DNA of 64,000 bases from Patescibacteria group bacterium (GTDB lineage Bacteria; Patescibacteriota; Minisyncoccia; UBA6257; JACRHW01), in the NCBI GenBank assembly GCA_028865725.1, contig JAGWJP010000003.1, positions 65,697 through 129,696 on the forward strand. The letters run 5' to 3'. Each line of letters starts with the position of its first letter. Position 1 is the first letter of the stretch. The notes beneath the pieces are model-generated. The model did not search any database and was not told the origin of the DNA. It saw nothing but the letters and a program-made list of their open reading frames with translations. Shown here piece by piece: positions 46,107-56,329 of this stretch. The position numbers and the translations under genes were made by a program.

Positions 46107-47219
46107 ATGCAGCAGCCAACTCTAAAAATAGGAAAGACGCTCGTGGGGAGAGATCATCCGTGCTTTATCGTCGCGGAAATCGGCATTAACTATGACGGAG
46201 ATTATAACCAAGCGTTGCGACTCATTGATGTCGCTACTGATGCGGGATGCAACGCGGTTAAGTTTCAGTTATTTACCGCAGAGCGTATGTACGCAAAAAA
46301 GGCCGGATTGTACCAGATTGCTACAGGAGAAAAGCGGGATATTATTGATATTATCAAACATTCAGAGTTACCACACGAATGGATTACAAACTTGAAGAAA
46401 TATGCAAATAAGAAAGGTGTTGAGTTTTTTGTTACTGCATGCGATGAAGAGAGCGCTGATGTCCTTGCACGAGCAGGAGTCGCCGCGTATAAAATTGCTT
46501 CCTATGAAATTACGCACCTACCTCTTTTTCGGCATATCGCGAAAAAGAAGAAACCTGTTATTTTTTCGTGCGGAGGGGCTATGCTTTCTGAGGTCGCTGA
46601 CGCGATGCAGGTATTCGAAGAAGAGCGCAATCGTGCTATTGCATTAATGCATTGTATTGGTGAATATCCTGCTTCGCCTTCGCAGCTTAATCTTCGAGTG
46701 TTAACAACATTACAATATGCTTTTCCTCATGCCGTAATAGGATATTCAGATCATAGTTCCAATCCAGTAGAGGCTCCTCGCGCAGCGATTGCGTTAGGGG
46801 CAAAGATTATTGAAAAACATATTACATTGGATAGAAATCTTCCTGGCCCTGATCATTCTTTTGCCGTAAATCCTTCTGAACTGAAACAGCTTGTAAAAGT
46901 GGTACGGAGCACGGAAAAACAGATGCGCAGAGGAGCTCGTATTATTGTGGACCCCTTGTTACTCGGTTCTTCTGAGCGTATAACCTACAAGGGAGAAAAG
47001 AAGGTACGTGAATTTACCTATAGGACTGTTTTTGCAAAGAAAGCGATAAAACGCGGAGAAGTATTTTCTTCTGAAAATATTGCCGTGTTAAGACCGGGCG
47101 AACATCCACGTGGACTCGAACCAAAATATTATGAACTTCTTATTAAAGGATATAAAGCGTCTCGTCCTATTCAAGAAAATAAAAGTATAGTGTGGAATGA
47201 TGTCTTATTTTCTTCATGA
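46107..47219 (+). CDS. neuB: Nonulosonic acid synthase (NeuB/PseI/SpsE family) with SAF domain
   Basis: AEIGINY.G, AVKFQ, KIASYE, GYSDH, IEKHITLD...GPDH, LRPG. Confidence 0.92.
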   Translation: MQQPTLKIGKTLVGRDHPCFIVAEIGINYDGDYNQALRLIDVATDAGCNAVKFQLFTAERMYAKKAGLYQIATGEKRDIIDIIKHSELPHEWITNLKKYANKKGVEFFVTACDEESADVLARAGVAAYKIASYEITHLPLFRHIAKKKKPVIFSCGGAMLSEVADAMQVFEEERNRAIALMHCIGEYPASPSQLNLRVLTTLQYAFPHAVIGYSDHSSNPVEAPRAAIALGAKIIEKHITLDRNLPGPDHSFAVNPSELKQLVKVVRSTEKQMRRGARIIVDPLLLGSSERITYKGEKKVREFTYRTVFAKKAIKRGEVFSSENIAVLRPGEHPRGLEPKYYELLIKGYKASRPIQENKSIVWNDVLFSS

Positions 47220-47902
47220 AACAGATTCTTATCTCCATTCTTATCAGGACCTATAATGCAGCTCAATTTGTAGACGCTGCCTTGGGAAGCGCACTTTTTC
47301 AGACGTTTAATAAGGGCCGCTATGAGATTCTTGTGGCAGATGATGGTTCGACTGATGATACTCTTGTACGTCTTGAAAGATATGGAAATCGCATTCGCGT
47401 TCTTCGCAATAAACATATTGGACCCATCCCTTTAATTAATATGGGTTTGCGGCATGCTCGAGGGGATCATGTCCTTTTACTTGATTCAGATGACGTATTA
47501 AAGTCTAGGGCTCTTGAGACCCTGTATGCCGCATATCTTCAGAGTCCTCACGCTGCATTTGTTTATTCCGATTACACAGAGCGCGATATGAAAGGAAGGA
47601 CGATTGATATTTCAGTAGGGGACAATATATTCAATACGCTTGCGTGCGGAATACTCTTTAAAAAAGATGTCCTCTTCTCTATTGGTTATTACGATGAAAC
47701 GCTTATATTTCCAGAATATGATGTTCTCATTAAAATGGATCGCATAGGTTATCGAGGTGCATACGTTTCCACTTCGCTTTATGAATACAGAAGGAGAGGC
47801 GCAAGTATTACAGGAAACCGTGAAACAGTAGAACGAGGACGTGAACAGCTTCGGAAACGGTATGGGACTGAATTTCCTATCCGTTCCTATTTACTTTCAT
47901 GA
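47216..47902 (+). CDS. Glycosyltransferase family 2
   Basis: YN, DDGSTD, LLDSDD. Confidence 0.9.
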   Translation: MKQILISILIRTYNAAQFVDAALGSALFQTFNKGRYEILVADDGSTDDTLVRLERYGNRIRVLRNKHIGPIPLINMGLRHARGDHVLLLDSDDVLKSRALETLYAAYLQSPHAAFVYSDYTERDMKGRTIDISVGDNIFNTLACGILFKKDVLFSIGYYDETLIFPEYDVLIKMDRIGYRGAYVSTSLYEYRRRGASITGNRETVERGREQLRKRYGTEFPIRSYLLS

Positions 47903-48537
47903 AGATTACTATTTTAGTAGATAATCCAACAAGTTGGTTTATTCCCTACGCAAAAATACTCGTTTCATTACTGCGGACGCAAGGTCATCGTGTGTCATTT
48001 GTACAGGCTCAAAAGAATATAAGGAAGGGGGATTGCTTATTTTTATTGAGTTGTGGGTCAATTGTTTCGCATGATATCCTTGAACGCAATACTCATAATA
48101 TTGTGATTCATGCGAGCAAATTACCACAAGGAAGAGGGTTTGCGCCACTTGCATGGCAGATTTTAGAAGGAAAAAATAAAATTTGGATTTCGCTATTCGA
48201 GGCCGTAGAAAAATTAGATAGCGGAGACGTTTACTTTCAAGATTTTATTTCTTTCGAGGGGCATGAATTGTATGATGAAATGCGAAAGCTAGAGGGAGAA
48301 AAGGTTGTTGCTATGGCTCTTAGATTTGTGAACGAATATCCCTCGAAGGGAAGACCGCAACATGGAAAAAGTACGTGGTATTCAAAAAGAAGGCCTTGTG
48401 ACAGCGAGTTAAACATAAAAAAAACATTACGATCCCAATTTAATATTTTGCGGATAGTAGATAATGAACGTTATCCCGCCTTCTTTACGTATAAGGGTCA
48501 TACGTATATTCTGAAAATTTCTAAAAAAAATAATTAA
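47899..48537 (+). CDS. Formyltransferase-like protein (sugar N-formylation)
   Basis: VIHASKLPQGRG..PL.WQILEG, LDSGD, LRIVDNERYPAFF. Confidence 0.8.
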   Translation: MKITILVDNPTSWFIPYAKILVSLLRTQGHRVSFVQAQKNIRKGDCLFLLSCGSIVSHDILERNTHNIVIHASKLPQGRGFAPLAWQILEGKNKIWISLFEAVEKLDSGDVYFQDFISFEGHELYDEMRKLEGEKVVAMALRFVNEYPSKGRPQHGKSTWYSKRRPCDSELNIKKTLRSQFNILRIVDNERYPAFFTYKGHTYILKISKKNN

Positions 48538-48542
48538 AATTC

Positions 48543-49970
48543 ATGCCGCATAAGAAACAGCATATTAATATACGGAATTTACTTATAACGGGTGGTACTT
48601 CTATCAAAGCTGCCATGCGGACTATTGACCGTTTTGGAGGTTATGGCATTGTGTTTGTAGTGAGTACGCAAAAAAAACTCATTGGTGTTGTTTCCGATGG
48701 TGATATACGCAGAGCCCTTTCTAAGGGTTTCGAGTTAAAAACTTCCGTTCAAGAGATCATGACAAGGGATTTTACTTATGTCATAGATACGTGGTCAAAG
48801 GAAAAGATAGGCACGGTGCTCAAAAGTAAAACCGCACTTGCCAAAGGACCTTTTGTGAAGGTACCGGTTATTGATGCGAACCATAGGCCTGTTGATATGC
48901 TATTTGTGTTGAATGGCTCTATTCTCTCTTTTAACGCTGCTCTTAATTCTCATACTGTGGCCATGCGGCAGATTAAAAAGATTCTTGTCGTAGGTGGAGC
49001 GGGATATATCGGTTCTGTCCTTACTCGGTTGCTTCTTAGTGCGGGTTATTCTGTTGTTGTCCTCGATTCTTTTTTGTACGGGCATGATTCGTTGCGTGAT
49101 GTTATGAAACACAAAAAATTAAAAGTGATTCGGGGAGATACCAGGCACACGGAAGATATTGTGGCTGCGCTCCAGGGTGTCCATGCTGTCGCGCACCTTG
49201 CAGAATTAGTGGGTGATCCTGCATGTGCGGTTGATCCAAAAACAACTCAACAAATTAATTATTTCGCCACCCGACAACTTGCATCGATTTGTAAATTTTT
49301 CCAAATCAATAGATTTATTTACTTCTCTTCATGTAGTGTATATGGCGCGTCATCTAAGCATTCATCATGTAATGAGGAGTCAACGCTGAACCCTGTTTCT
49401 TTGTATGCAAAGGTAAAGGTGGCATCGGAACATGCATTACTTGAAATGGAGGATTCAAATTTTTCGCCTACCATTTTTCGCCTTGCAACAGTGTTTGGAG
49501 CTTCGTTTAGACCGCGTTTTGATCTTGTGGTAAATATATTGAGCGCGAAAGCGGTAGTTGAACACACCATTCCTATTTTGGGCGGTTCGCAGTGGAGACC
49601 CCATGTACATGTTGAGGATGTGGGGCGTGCGGTTCTCCTTGCATTAGAAGCGCCACTTTCAAAAGTGGGTGGGCAGATTTTTAATGTGGGAAGCAACGCA
49701 CTTAATTACACCATCAAAGATATTGGTGCAATAGTGCGCGCTACTATTCCTGAGGCTGTTATAGATATGAAAAAAGGGGATGGTGATATGCGGAATTATC
49801 GTGCCGATTTTTCCAAAATTGCTTCTGTGCTTACGTTTCGTCCAGAGAAAACTATTCAGGACGGTGTTCGTGAGATTCAATCTCTTATAACCTCAGGAAA
49901 GGTGAAGGACTATACGCAGTCTCAATATTCAAATATTAAATTTCTTGAGAAAAAACTTAAAACATTATGA
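48543..49970 (+). CDS. CBS-domain / NAD-dependent epimerase-dehydratase fusion
   Basis: GVVSDGDIRR CBS motif; GGAGYIG, SSCSVYG, YAKVK, RFDLVVN. Confidence 0.88.
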   Translation: MPHKKQHINIRNLLITGGTSIKAAMRTIDRFGGYGIVFVVSTQKKLIGVVSDGDIRRALSKGFELKTSVQEIMTRDFTYVIDTWSKEKIGTVLKSKTALAKGPFVKVPVIDANHRPVDMLFVLNGSILSFNAALNSHTVAMRQIKKILVVGGAGYIGSVLTRLLLSAGYSVVVLDSFLYGHDSLRDVMKHKKLKVIRGDTRHTEDIVAALQGVHAVAHLAELVGDPACAVDPKTTQQINYFATRQLASICKFFQINRFIYFSSCSVYGASSKHSSCNEESTLNPVSLYAKVKVASEHALLEMEDSNFSPTIFRLATVFGASFRPRFDLVVNILSAKAVVEHTIPILGGSQWRPHVHVEDVGRAVLLALEAPLSKVGGQIFNVGSNALNYTIKDIGAIVRATIPEAVIDMKKGDGDMRNYRADFSKIASVLTFRPEKTIQDGVREIQSLITSGKVKDYTQSQYSNIKFLEKKLKTL

Positions 49971-51277
49971 ATATAAAAAATGTTATACAAGAGAGCTATT
50001 TTCTGAGGAGGACTTATGTTTCTGATGGCATCGACAAGGCACTCGACAACCTGAGCAGTCACACGTCTGTACCCTATCGAGATTTTAAGTTTTCTTCGGG
50101 GACTGAGCATAACGGATGGGTTATTCCTAAAAAATGGGAAGTATATGAGGCAAAAATTTTGAAGGATGGAAAGGTGTTCTATGATGGAATGGCGCATCCT
50201 GCAGGTGTGATTACTCAATCATCTTCGTTTGAAGGTATTATTTCTAAGGATGAGCTTGTTGAACATTTGTATTATACTCCCTCACGTCCTCACGCAATCC
50301 CTCTACATTTCAGAATGCAATATCGCCCATGGGAATCGGGGTGGGGATTTTGTCTTCCTAAGGTGCTTTTTGATACCCTCCCTGAGGGGAACTACGAAGT
50401 GCGCTTGAAAACAGCATTGAGTCAAGGAGAAATGGTTGTGCGTGAATTTACTCTGCAAGGGGATTCAGATGAAACTATTATTTTTGTTGCTCATGATGAT
50501 CATCCTGGTCTTAGCAACAATGATATTGCAGGCTGTGCCGTAGGCATTGCATTCATAGAGGGAATTAAAAATCTTTTTCCAACGAGAAGATATACGTACA
50601 AACTTCTTCTTGGCCCCGAGATTACAAGTTCGGTATTTTACCTTTCTGCACTTAGTGAACATGAAAGAAAGAATATTAAATTTGCATTATTTCTGGAAGC
50701 GCTCGGCAATGATAATACGCTCAATCTTCAGAAATCGTTTTTAGGCGATACGTATATTGATCGGATCGCCGCGCTTGCGCTTCAAAACTATGAAGGATCC
50801 CGCCTGTGCGGTTTTCGTGAATCAATGGGAAATGATGAGATAGTTTTTGAAGCACCAGGGATAGAGATTCCAATGCCTTCTTTGTCACGGTGGCCCTATC
50901 CGGAATACAACTCAAGTGATGAGACCCTTGATATTATCTCCGAAGAAAAATTACAGGAGGCGTGCGCTTATCTTTTTGATCTAATTGGCATTGCCGAGCG
51001 GGATAGGGTGGTGCAGAGAAACTTTGATGGGCTCATCAGTCTTGCGAACCCGCGCTATGATCTTTATATTGATCCCGGACAGATTATTACAGGGGATTTG
51101 CATAAAAATATAGTTCAGGAACTTTTTCAATATAAATTGCCTCGTCTTCTCGATGGAACCAACACGATATCTGATATTGCTCGACAGTGTGGCGTAGATT
51201 TCAAATGGCTTTATGGGTACCTGAAAAACATGGAAGAAAAAAATCTAATTGTTTTTAACAATAAAAAAATAATATGA
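49967..51277 (+). CDS. DUF4910-like aminopeptidase-fold polysaccharide biosynthesis protein
   Basis: GW.IP..W, WGFC, AHDDHP...NND.AG, C-terminal HTH. Confidence 0.75.
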   Translation: MNIKNVIQESYFLRRTYVSDGIDKALDNLSSHTSVPYRDFKFSSGTEHNGWVIPKKWEVYEAKILKDGKVFYDGMAHPAGVITQSSSFEGIISKDELVEHLYYTPSRPHAIPLHFRMQYRPWESGWGFCLPKVLFDTLPEGNYEVRLKTALSQGEMVVREFTLQGDSDETIIFVAHDDHPGLSNNDIAGCAVGIAFIEGIKNLFPTRRYTYKLLLGPEITSSVFYLSALSEHERKNIKFALFLEALGNDNTLNLQKSFLGDTYIDRIAALALQNYEGSRLCGFRESMGNDEIVFEAPGIEIPMPSLSRWPYPEYNSSDETLDIISEEKLQEACAYLFDLIGIAERDRVVQRNFDGLISLANPRYDLYIDPGQIITGDLHKNIVQELFQYKLPRLLDGTNTISDIARQCGVDFKWLYGYLKNMEEKNLIVFNNKKII

Positions 51278-52284
51278 AAACAAAATACGGTAAACCCATA
51301 GAGCCTAAACGATTTCAGGCCAACATTATTGCAGATACAAAGGGGTGGGCGCAGCGCATGAAGGAACGCGCAGAAGAATATGGGATACGTGCTGAGGAGT
51401 ATGTTTCCGCGTGTCCGGTATGCAAGTCTAAACAGTATATTTCTCTTGTGACGGTCTATGGGTTTGATTATGTTCAGTGTAAAAAATGTGCGCATGTGTT
51501 TTCGACAAAACGGTTATCTCAGGAACAGCTGAACACATTTTACAGAGACAGTGCGGAATACGCCAAACAGTATACTTCTGAGGATCAGCTTGCCTATCGC
51601 ATGCGACATATTTCTGGCCCCAAAATAAAGTATGCAATGTCATTTGTTCCCAAGGTAAAAAAGGGCACGTGGCTTGATGTGGGCTCCGCAGTGGGAGATG
51701 TTCTTCGATGCGTAGAATCATACCGCGGGTGGAAGGCGATAGGGCTTGAGGCAAGTGCATTGTCCGTAAAAACGGGACGAGAAGTTCTTAAGGTTGATGT
51801 GCGTCAGGAGCTTTTCCAAGATTTTGTACGCAAGAATAAAAATGAAAAATTTGATGTTATTTCGTTTTTTGGCTACTTGGAACTTATTACCGATCCGCTC
51901 AAAGAGCTTCGTCTTGCTCAGGGATTATTAAAAAAGAATGGGGTGCTTGTAATCGGTGAAGCGAATGGAAATTCGTTTTCTACGCTGCTTCAAAAAAGTT
52001 TTCCCGAATATTCTATGCGACACCTCCTCCCCCCACCAGTTATCCAGCAGTTTACTAAGCAATCGGCATGTGTTGCGCTTCAAAAAGCAGGATTTACACC
52101 AAGCGCATTTTGGAATTTTGGAATGGATTTTTATGAGTTTACTAAATATCTTGTTCTCTTAATTCCTCGATTTCAGGAAACATCGGTATATTCTTTTTTG
52201 ATGGATCACACTAATGAATTTCAGTCAGTCATTGATCAAGAGGAATATGGGGACTGTTTTATGATGATAGCAAAACGATCATAA
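51274..52284 (+). CDS. Class I SAM methyltransferase with N-terminal Zn ribbon
   Basis: CPVC...CKKC; WLDVGSAVG; FDVI. Confidence 0.85.
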   Translation: MKTKYGKPIEPKRFQANIIADTKGWAQRMKERAEEYGIRAEEYVSACPVCKSKQYISLVTVYGFDYVQCKKCAHVFSTKRLSQEQLNTFYRDSAEYAKQYTSEDQLAYRMRHISGPKIKYAMSFVPKVKKGTWLDVGSAVGDVLRCVESYRGWKAIGLEASALSVKTGREVLKVDVRQELFQDFVRKNKNEKFDVISFFGYLELITDPLKELRLAQGLLKKNGVLVIGEANGNSFSTLLQKSFPEYSMRHLLPPPVIQQFTKQSACVALQKAGFTPSAFWNFGMDFYEFTKYLVLLIPRFQETSVYSFLMDHTNEFQSVIDQEEYGDCFMMIAKRS

Positions 52285-52291
52285 CGCATTC

Positions 52292-53716
52292 ATGAAAAAT
52301 TGGTTGAGAAAAATTTTAGATAGGCCGACGCGGTTTACCAAACTACTTCAGCGCATATGTAAGCAGGATGTTTTGATTTTTGTAAATAATGGAAACCGTG
52401 ATGCGCTTGGTCTTGTGTCGGTGTACGCGTACCTTAAATATATACACCATCTGCGTGTGAAGATAAAATCGGTAATGTTTTTGGAGCGATTTTGGACGAT
52501 TCTTTTTCGTCCGCAGGTCACGGTGCACATCTCCGCAGATTCACCCGATTCGCTTATGATGTATCAAGAACTGCACGCGATGGGTTCTGCGTGCGTGATG
52601 TCTCTTACGGAAAATTTTGTGTGGACAAGCCCGATTCATTTTGTCAGCAAGTATGATTATAAGCCCTATCTTACCAAGATATTGCTTGCTGGTGCCGGCA
52701 TGGAAGATGTACTTGTTTCTCACCACAAAATTGATCCATCACAGGTTTCTCTCGTAGGGTTTCCGACGTTTGATTGGGGCATTTCTCCTCATAAAGACTG
52801 GTTTCTTAAGAAAAATGAATTTTGCGCGCGCCATCACTTTTCTCCGAATACGAAGATTATCGTGCTTGCTTCTTCTTTTAGTATGGCAGATATTGATATG
52901 CGCGAGTATGAAACAAAGTATTTCCACTGGAACCTCTCTAAAGAGGAAATGGCAGAACAGGTTTATGTTTCCGATCAGATGCGGGAAAAGACAATTCGTT
53001 ATTTTTCAGAATTGCTTTTACGACATCCTGATTGGATTCTTCTTGTACGCAAGCATCCCGTGGAACGCAGAAGGCGTTATGATGAGGCGTGGAGTAGAAA
53101 TCCGCAAGTGATTCCTGTCCACTATGATGAATTGTATGATATATTGAATATCTGTGATGTGCTGGTGCATTGGAATTCTACTACTTCAGTGCAGGCATGG
53201 AGTTTTGGAAAGCCCACGGTGCTTCTATGGTTTGAGGAATCCCGCCGTTTTGATGAACTTTATGGAGAACATATGGATAAGCAGTTTGCTGACCCAAAGA
53301 ATGGAAATTACATATGCCATACCGATAAGGATTTAGAACGCGCGTTAGAACATGCGGGAGGAGAGGTTCCGGAAATACAACGCAAGGCGCGAGAACAATT
53401 TATTGCGCAATGGTTTTATCGTCTTGATGGGCAATCAAGCGCTCGTGCGGCCTCAGTTCTCGCTCATGTGGGGATGGAACACAAGAATGATGATGTGACC
53501 TACGATATGACAACTCTCGATCTTCTACAAGGAATGCGTACGTATGTTCCCTATATGTTTAAACGATGCATTCTTTTCTGTTTTTCGCTTTCTTTGCCGC
53601 TTGCGCAATGGCTTGCGAGAACGATGGGAAGCTCTTATGATTCCTTTTATGTAGAGCGCCATCTCTGGCGTTTTGAAAAAAAATTGCGACATTCTTTACA
53701 TTCCACTACATTATGA
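52292..53716 (+). CDS. Surface carbohydrate biosynthesis protein (GT-B-like)
   Basis: VGFP.FD, VRKHP.E, HWNSTT..QAW..GKP, DGQSSAR; locus context. Confidence 0.65.
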   Translation: MKNWLRKILDRPTRFTKLLQRICKQDVLIFVNNGNRDALGLVSVYAYLKYIHHLRVKIKSVMFLERFWTILFRPQVTVHISADSPDSLMMYQELHAMGSACVMSLTENFVWTSPIHFVSKYDYKPYLTKILLAGAGMEDVLVSHHKIDPSQVSLVGFPTFDWGISPHKDWFLKKNEFCARHHFSPNTKIIVLASSFSMADIDMREYETKYFHWNLSKEEMAEQVYVSDQMREKTIRYFSELLLRHPDWILLVRKHPVERRRRYDEAWSRNPQVIPVHYDELYDILNICDVLVHWNSTTSVQAWSFGKPTVLLWFEESRRFDELYGEHMDKQFADPKNGNYICHTDKDLERALEHAGGEVPEIQRKAREQFIAQWFYRLDGQSSARAASVLAHVGMEHKNDDVTYDMTTLDLLQGMRTYVPYMFKRCILFCFSLSLPLAQWLARTMGSSYDSFYVERHLWRFEKKLRHSLHSTTL

Positions 53717-54450
53717 CCTTTATCTTATCTTTTTTTTCTTCTCTGTGGCATACCCATCTCAAACCGTTCTTGCAGCGATTGAATTTTCTTTACGCGCGCA
53801 TCTATCTTTTGAAAGGAACTTCATTTGAGCCAAAAGAAATATACCAATCGCGATTTGTGCATTTTAATCTGAAGCCTGGAGAAAAAGTTCTTGACGTAGG
53901 GAGCGGAGGTGAACCGTTTGCACAGGCGACACATCTTTGCGATTTATATCCGCAGAAAACCCAGCATCGCTATAACGAGTTGAAGACGAACGGTCTTCCG
54001 TTTACGCAGGCAAGCGTGGAAGATTTGCCGTTCAAGGATAAGGAATTTGATTTCGCGTATTGCGCGCACGTACTTGAGCATGTCGAAGATCCTGCAAAGG
54101 CATGTCGGGAGTTGATGCGTGTTGCGGGGAGAGGCTATATTGAAACCCCCACGCGCATCTCCGATATTATGTGCAATTTTACGCGTATTCCGAACTTTCA
54201 CCGATGGCACGTGACGCAGGTTGGTAATACGCTTATTTTTAATGAATATCAGTCGTATGAACAACGCGATATGGGAACTGATGAGTTCTACCACATGATT
54301 CATGCGAAGTATCCTAATCGAATTCAAACCATGTATCGGCGCAATAAAGATCTATTTTCGAATATGTTTTTGTGGGAGGGCGGGTTTAATTATTATGTGT
54401 TTAATCTACATGGAGAACTTGTATCTTCATTTCATTACCAAAAAAAATAA
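53713..54450 (+). CDS. Class I SAM methyltransferase
   Basis: VLDVGSG, LPFKDKEFDF, HVLEHV. Confidence 0.88.
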   Translation: MTFILSFFSSLWHTHLKPFLQRLNFLYARIYLLKGTSFEPKEIYQSRFVHFNLKPGEKVLDVGSGGEPFAQATHLCDLYPQKTQHRYNELKTNGLPFTQASVEDLPFKDKEFDFAYCAHVLEHVEDPAKACRELMRVAGRGYIETPTRISDIMCNFTRIPNFHRWHVTQVGNTLIFNEYQSYEQRDMGTDEFYHMIHAKYPNRIQTMYRRNKDLFSNMFLWEGGFNYYVFNLHGELVSSFHYQKK

Positions 54451-55613
54451 TGTTTCCCAAGCTTTATCGCAAAATTGCGCTTCAGAGAAAGAAATATTTG
54501 TATGACAAGGCTTTTGGTGTTCTTCCTGAAGAATCGGGTCCTGATGAAACGCACCTGCACGGAGCGATCGAGTGGCTTTCTCGTGCACAGGATGTAACAG
54601 GTTCCGGTGGAATCGCTGCGGGTTATTTTATGCTGGAAAAAAGATGGGGATTGCCTTATCGTGAAACTACTGGATATAGCATTCCCACTTTTTTATCTTA
54701 CGCACGCTATATGCATAATGCGTTATACCGCAATCGCGCGATTGCGATGGGCGATTGGGAACTCGGTGTACAGTGTGATGACGGAGCATTCGGTGAGGTG
54801 TTTTCTGGTGGGGGTGTCGTTAAAAAAGTATTTAATACCGGACAGGTAATGCTTGGACTTTGTGCTCTTTTTGATGACACACGCTCCAAGTGTTATTTTG
54901 AGAGTGTGGTGCGTGCTGCAGATTGGCTCGTCGCCCTACAAGAACAAGATGGAAGATGGACCCGTTTTACAACTGCGGGCGCAAAGACATACCATGCTCG
55001 TGTTGCATGGGCATTGCTTGAAACATGGAAACGTTCAGGGGTGGTGCGTTATAAAGAAGCTGCCTTGAAACAATTGCGTTGGGTTCTTAGCGAACAGAAT
55101 GAACACGGGTGGTTTCGTACCACGAGTCTTACTGATCCCGAGAAGCCATGGACACACCTTCTCGGATATACAATAAGTGGATTATTTGAATCATCTCTTC
55201 TTCTTGAAGCTGAAGGGGAGGAATATTATGCGAGCGTTTCTTTGGCGTTAGAACGGCTCGCTGAGTGCTATGCAACGCAGTCTTTTTTGCTGCCCACTAC
55301 ATTTGATTCTCTTTGGAAGTCACAGGACAAAGACTCCTGTCTTACCGGAGATGCGCAAATAGGATTTTATTGGATGAAAAGCGATTTGTTTTCGCCTCAC
55401 GCGACATTGAACACTGCAGGGAAGAGAATGATCGAAGAATTAAAAAAAGTCCACCTCCTTTTTCAGGGACAACCGGAAATAGCAGGCGGAGTTTCAGGTT
55501 CATATCCTGTTGGCGGGCAGTATTGTCCGTATACCATGATTAATTGGGGAGCAAAGTTTTTTGCGGATTTTTTGTTATTACATATTACACACGACAATAA
55601 AATTATCTCATGA
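54450..55613 (+). CDS. Alpha/alpha-barrel (prenyltransferase/squalene-cyclase-repeat-like) protein
   Basis: QW-like repeats WL..AQD, W...Q..DG.F, WL...Q..DG.W, Q...GWF; Y.ETTGY; NWGAKFF.D. Confidence 0.7.
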   Translation: MFPKLYRKIALQRKKYLYDKAFGVLPEESGPDETHLHGAIEWLSRAQDVTGSGGIAAGYFMLEKRWGLPYRETTGYSIPTFLSYARYMHNALYRNRAIAMGDWELGVQCDDGAFGEVFSGGGVVKKVFNTGQVMLGLCALFDDTRSKCYFESVVRAADWLVALQEQDGRWTRFTTAGAKTYHARVAWALLETWKRSGVVRYKEAALKQLRWVLSEQNEHGWFRTTSLTDPEKPWTHLLGYTISGLFESSLLLEAEGEEYYASVSLALERLAECYATQSFLLPTTFDSLWKSQDKDSCLTGDAQIGFYWMKSDLFSPHATLNTAGKRMIEELKKVHLLFQGQPEIAGGVSGSYPVGGQYCPYTMINWGAKFFADFLLLHITHDNKIIS

Positions 55614-56320
55614 CTATTACTATGGTTCCCTATTTGCAGTCTGTGAAAAAAAAATTAAGCCGCATGCGTGCTCAAGTAAGAAGGCGGTTTCAAGAATGGC
55701 ATGCCCACATGATGGGTATCAAGTTTACGGACCCAAATTATATGTATAAAAACACCCTTAATGAAAAGAGTGTTGTCATTGATGTGGGGTGTGGATATGA
55801 TGCTGATTTTTCTGTCCATGTCATTGAAACATATGGGGCAACCTGCTATGCCATAGATCCTACGCAAAAACATCGGGAACATCTTAAAAAGTTAGAAGAA
55901 AAGTATAAAGGAAAGTTTTTTCATATTCCGGTAGCGGTTGCGGCATGCAATGAAAATCTTACTTTTTATGAAAGCGAGGAAAATGTGAGCGGTTCCATTC
56001 GAAATGACCATGTTAATGTAAAAAATGATACTGTACGCGCATATATGGTAGAAGCGCTTACTCCTATGGCGCTTCTTGAAAGAATAGGCATCCATGGAGC
56101 TGATTATTTGAAGCTTGATCTTGAGGGGGCGGAATATGATTTAATTCGGAATATAGCTCTTCGCCAATTTGATCCTTTTTCACAGATATTAGTCGAATTT
56201 CATAGCCATTGTGTTGATGCTTATACTGATAACGATACTATGGATACCGCACAACGTATTATGGATTACGGATTTAAGTCGTTTAGCTTTGATAATCATA
56301 ATTTTTTATTTTTTAGATAA
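55610..56320 (+). CDS. FkbM family methyltransferase
   Basis: IDVG.G, YLKLDLEGAE, QILVEFH. Confidence 0.88.
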   Translation: MTITMVPYLQSVKKKLSRMRAQVRRRFQEWHAHMMGIKFTDPNYMYKNTLNEKSVVIDVGCGYDADFSVHVIETYGATCYAIDPTQKHREHLKKLEEKYKGKFFHIPVAVAACNENLTFYESEENVSGSIRNDHVNVKNDTVRAYMVEALTPMALLERIGIHGADYLKLDLEGAEYDLIRNIALRQFDPFSQILVEFHSHCVDAYTDNDTMDTAQRIMDYGFKSFSFDNHNFLFFR

Positions 56321-56329
56321 TATTATTGT

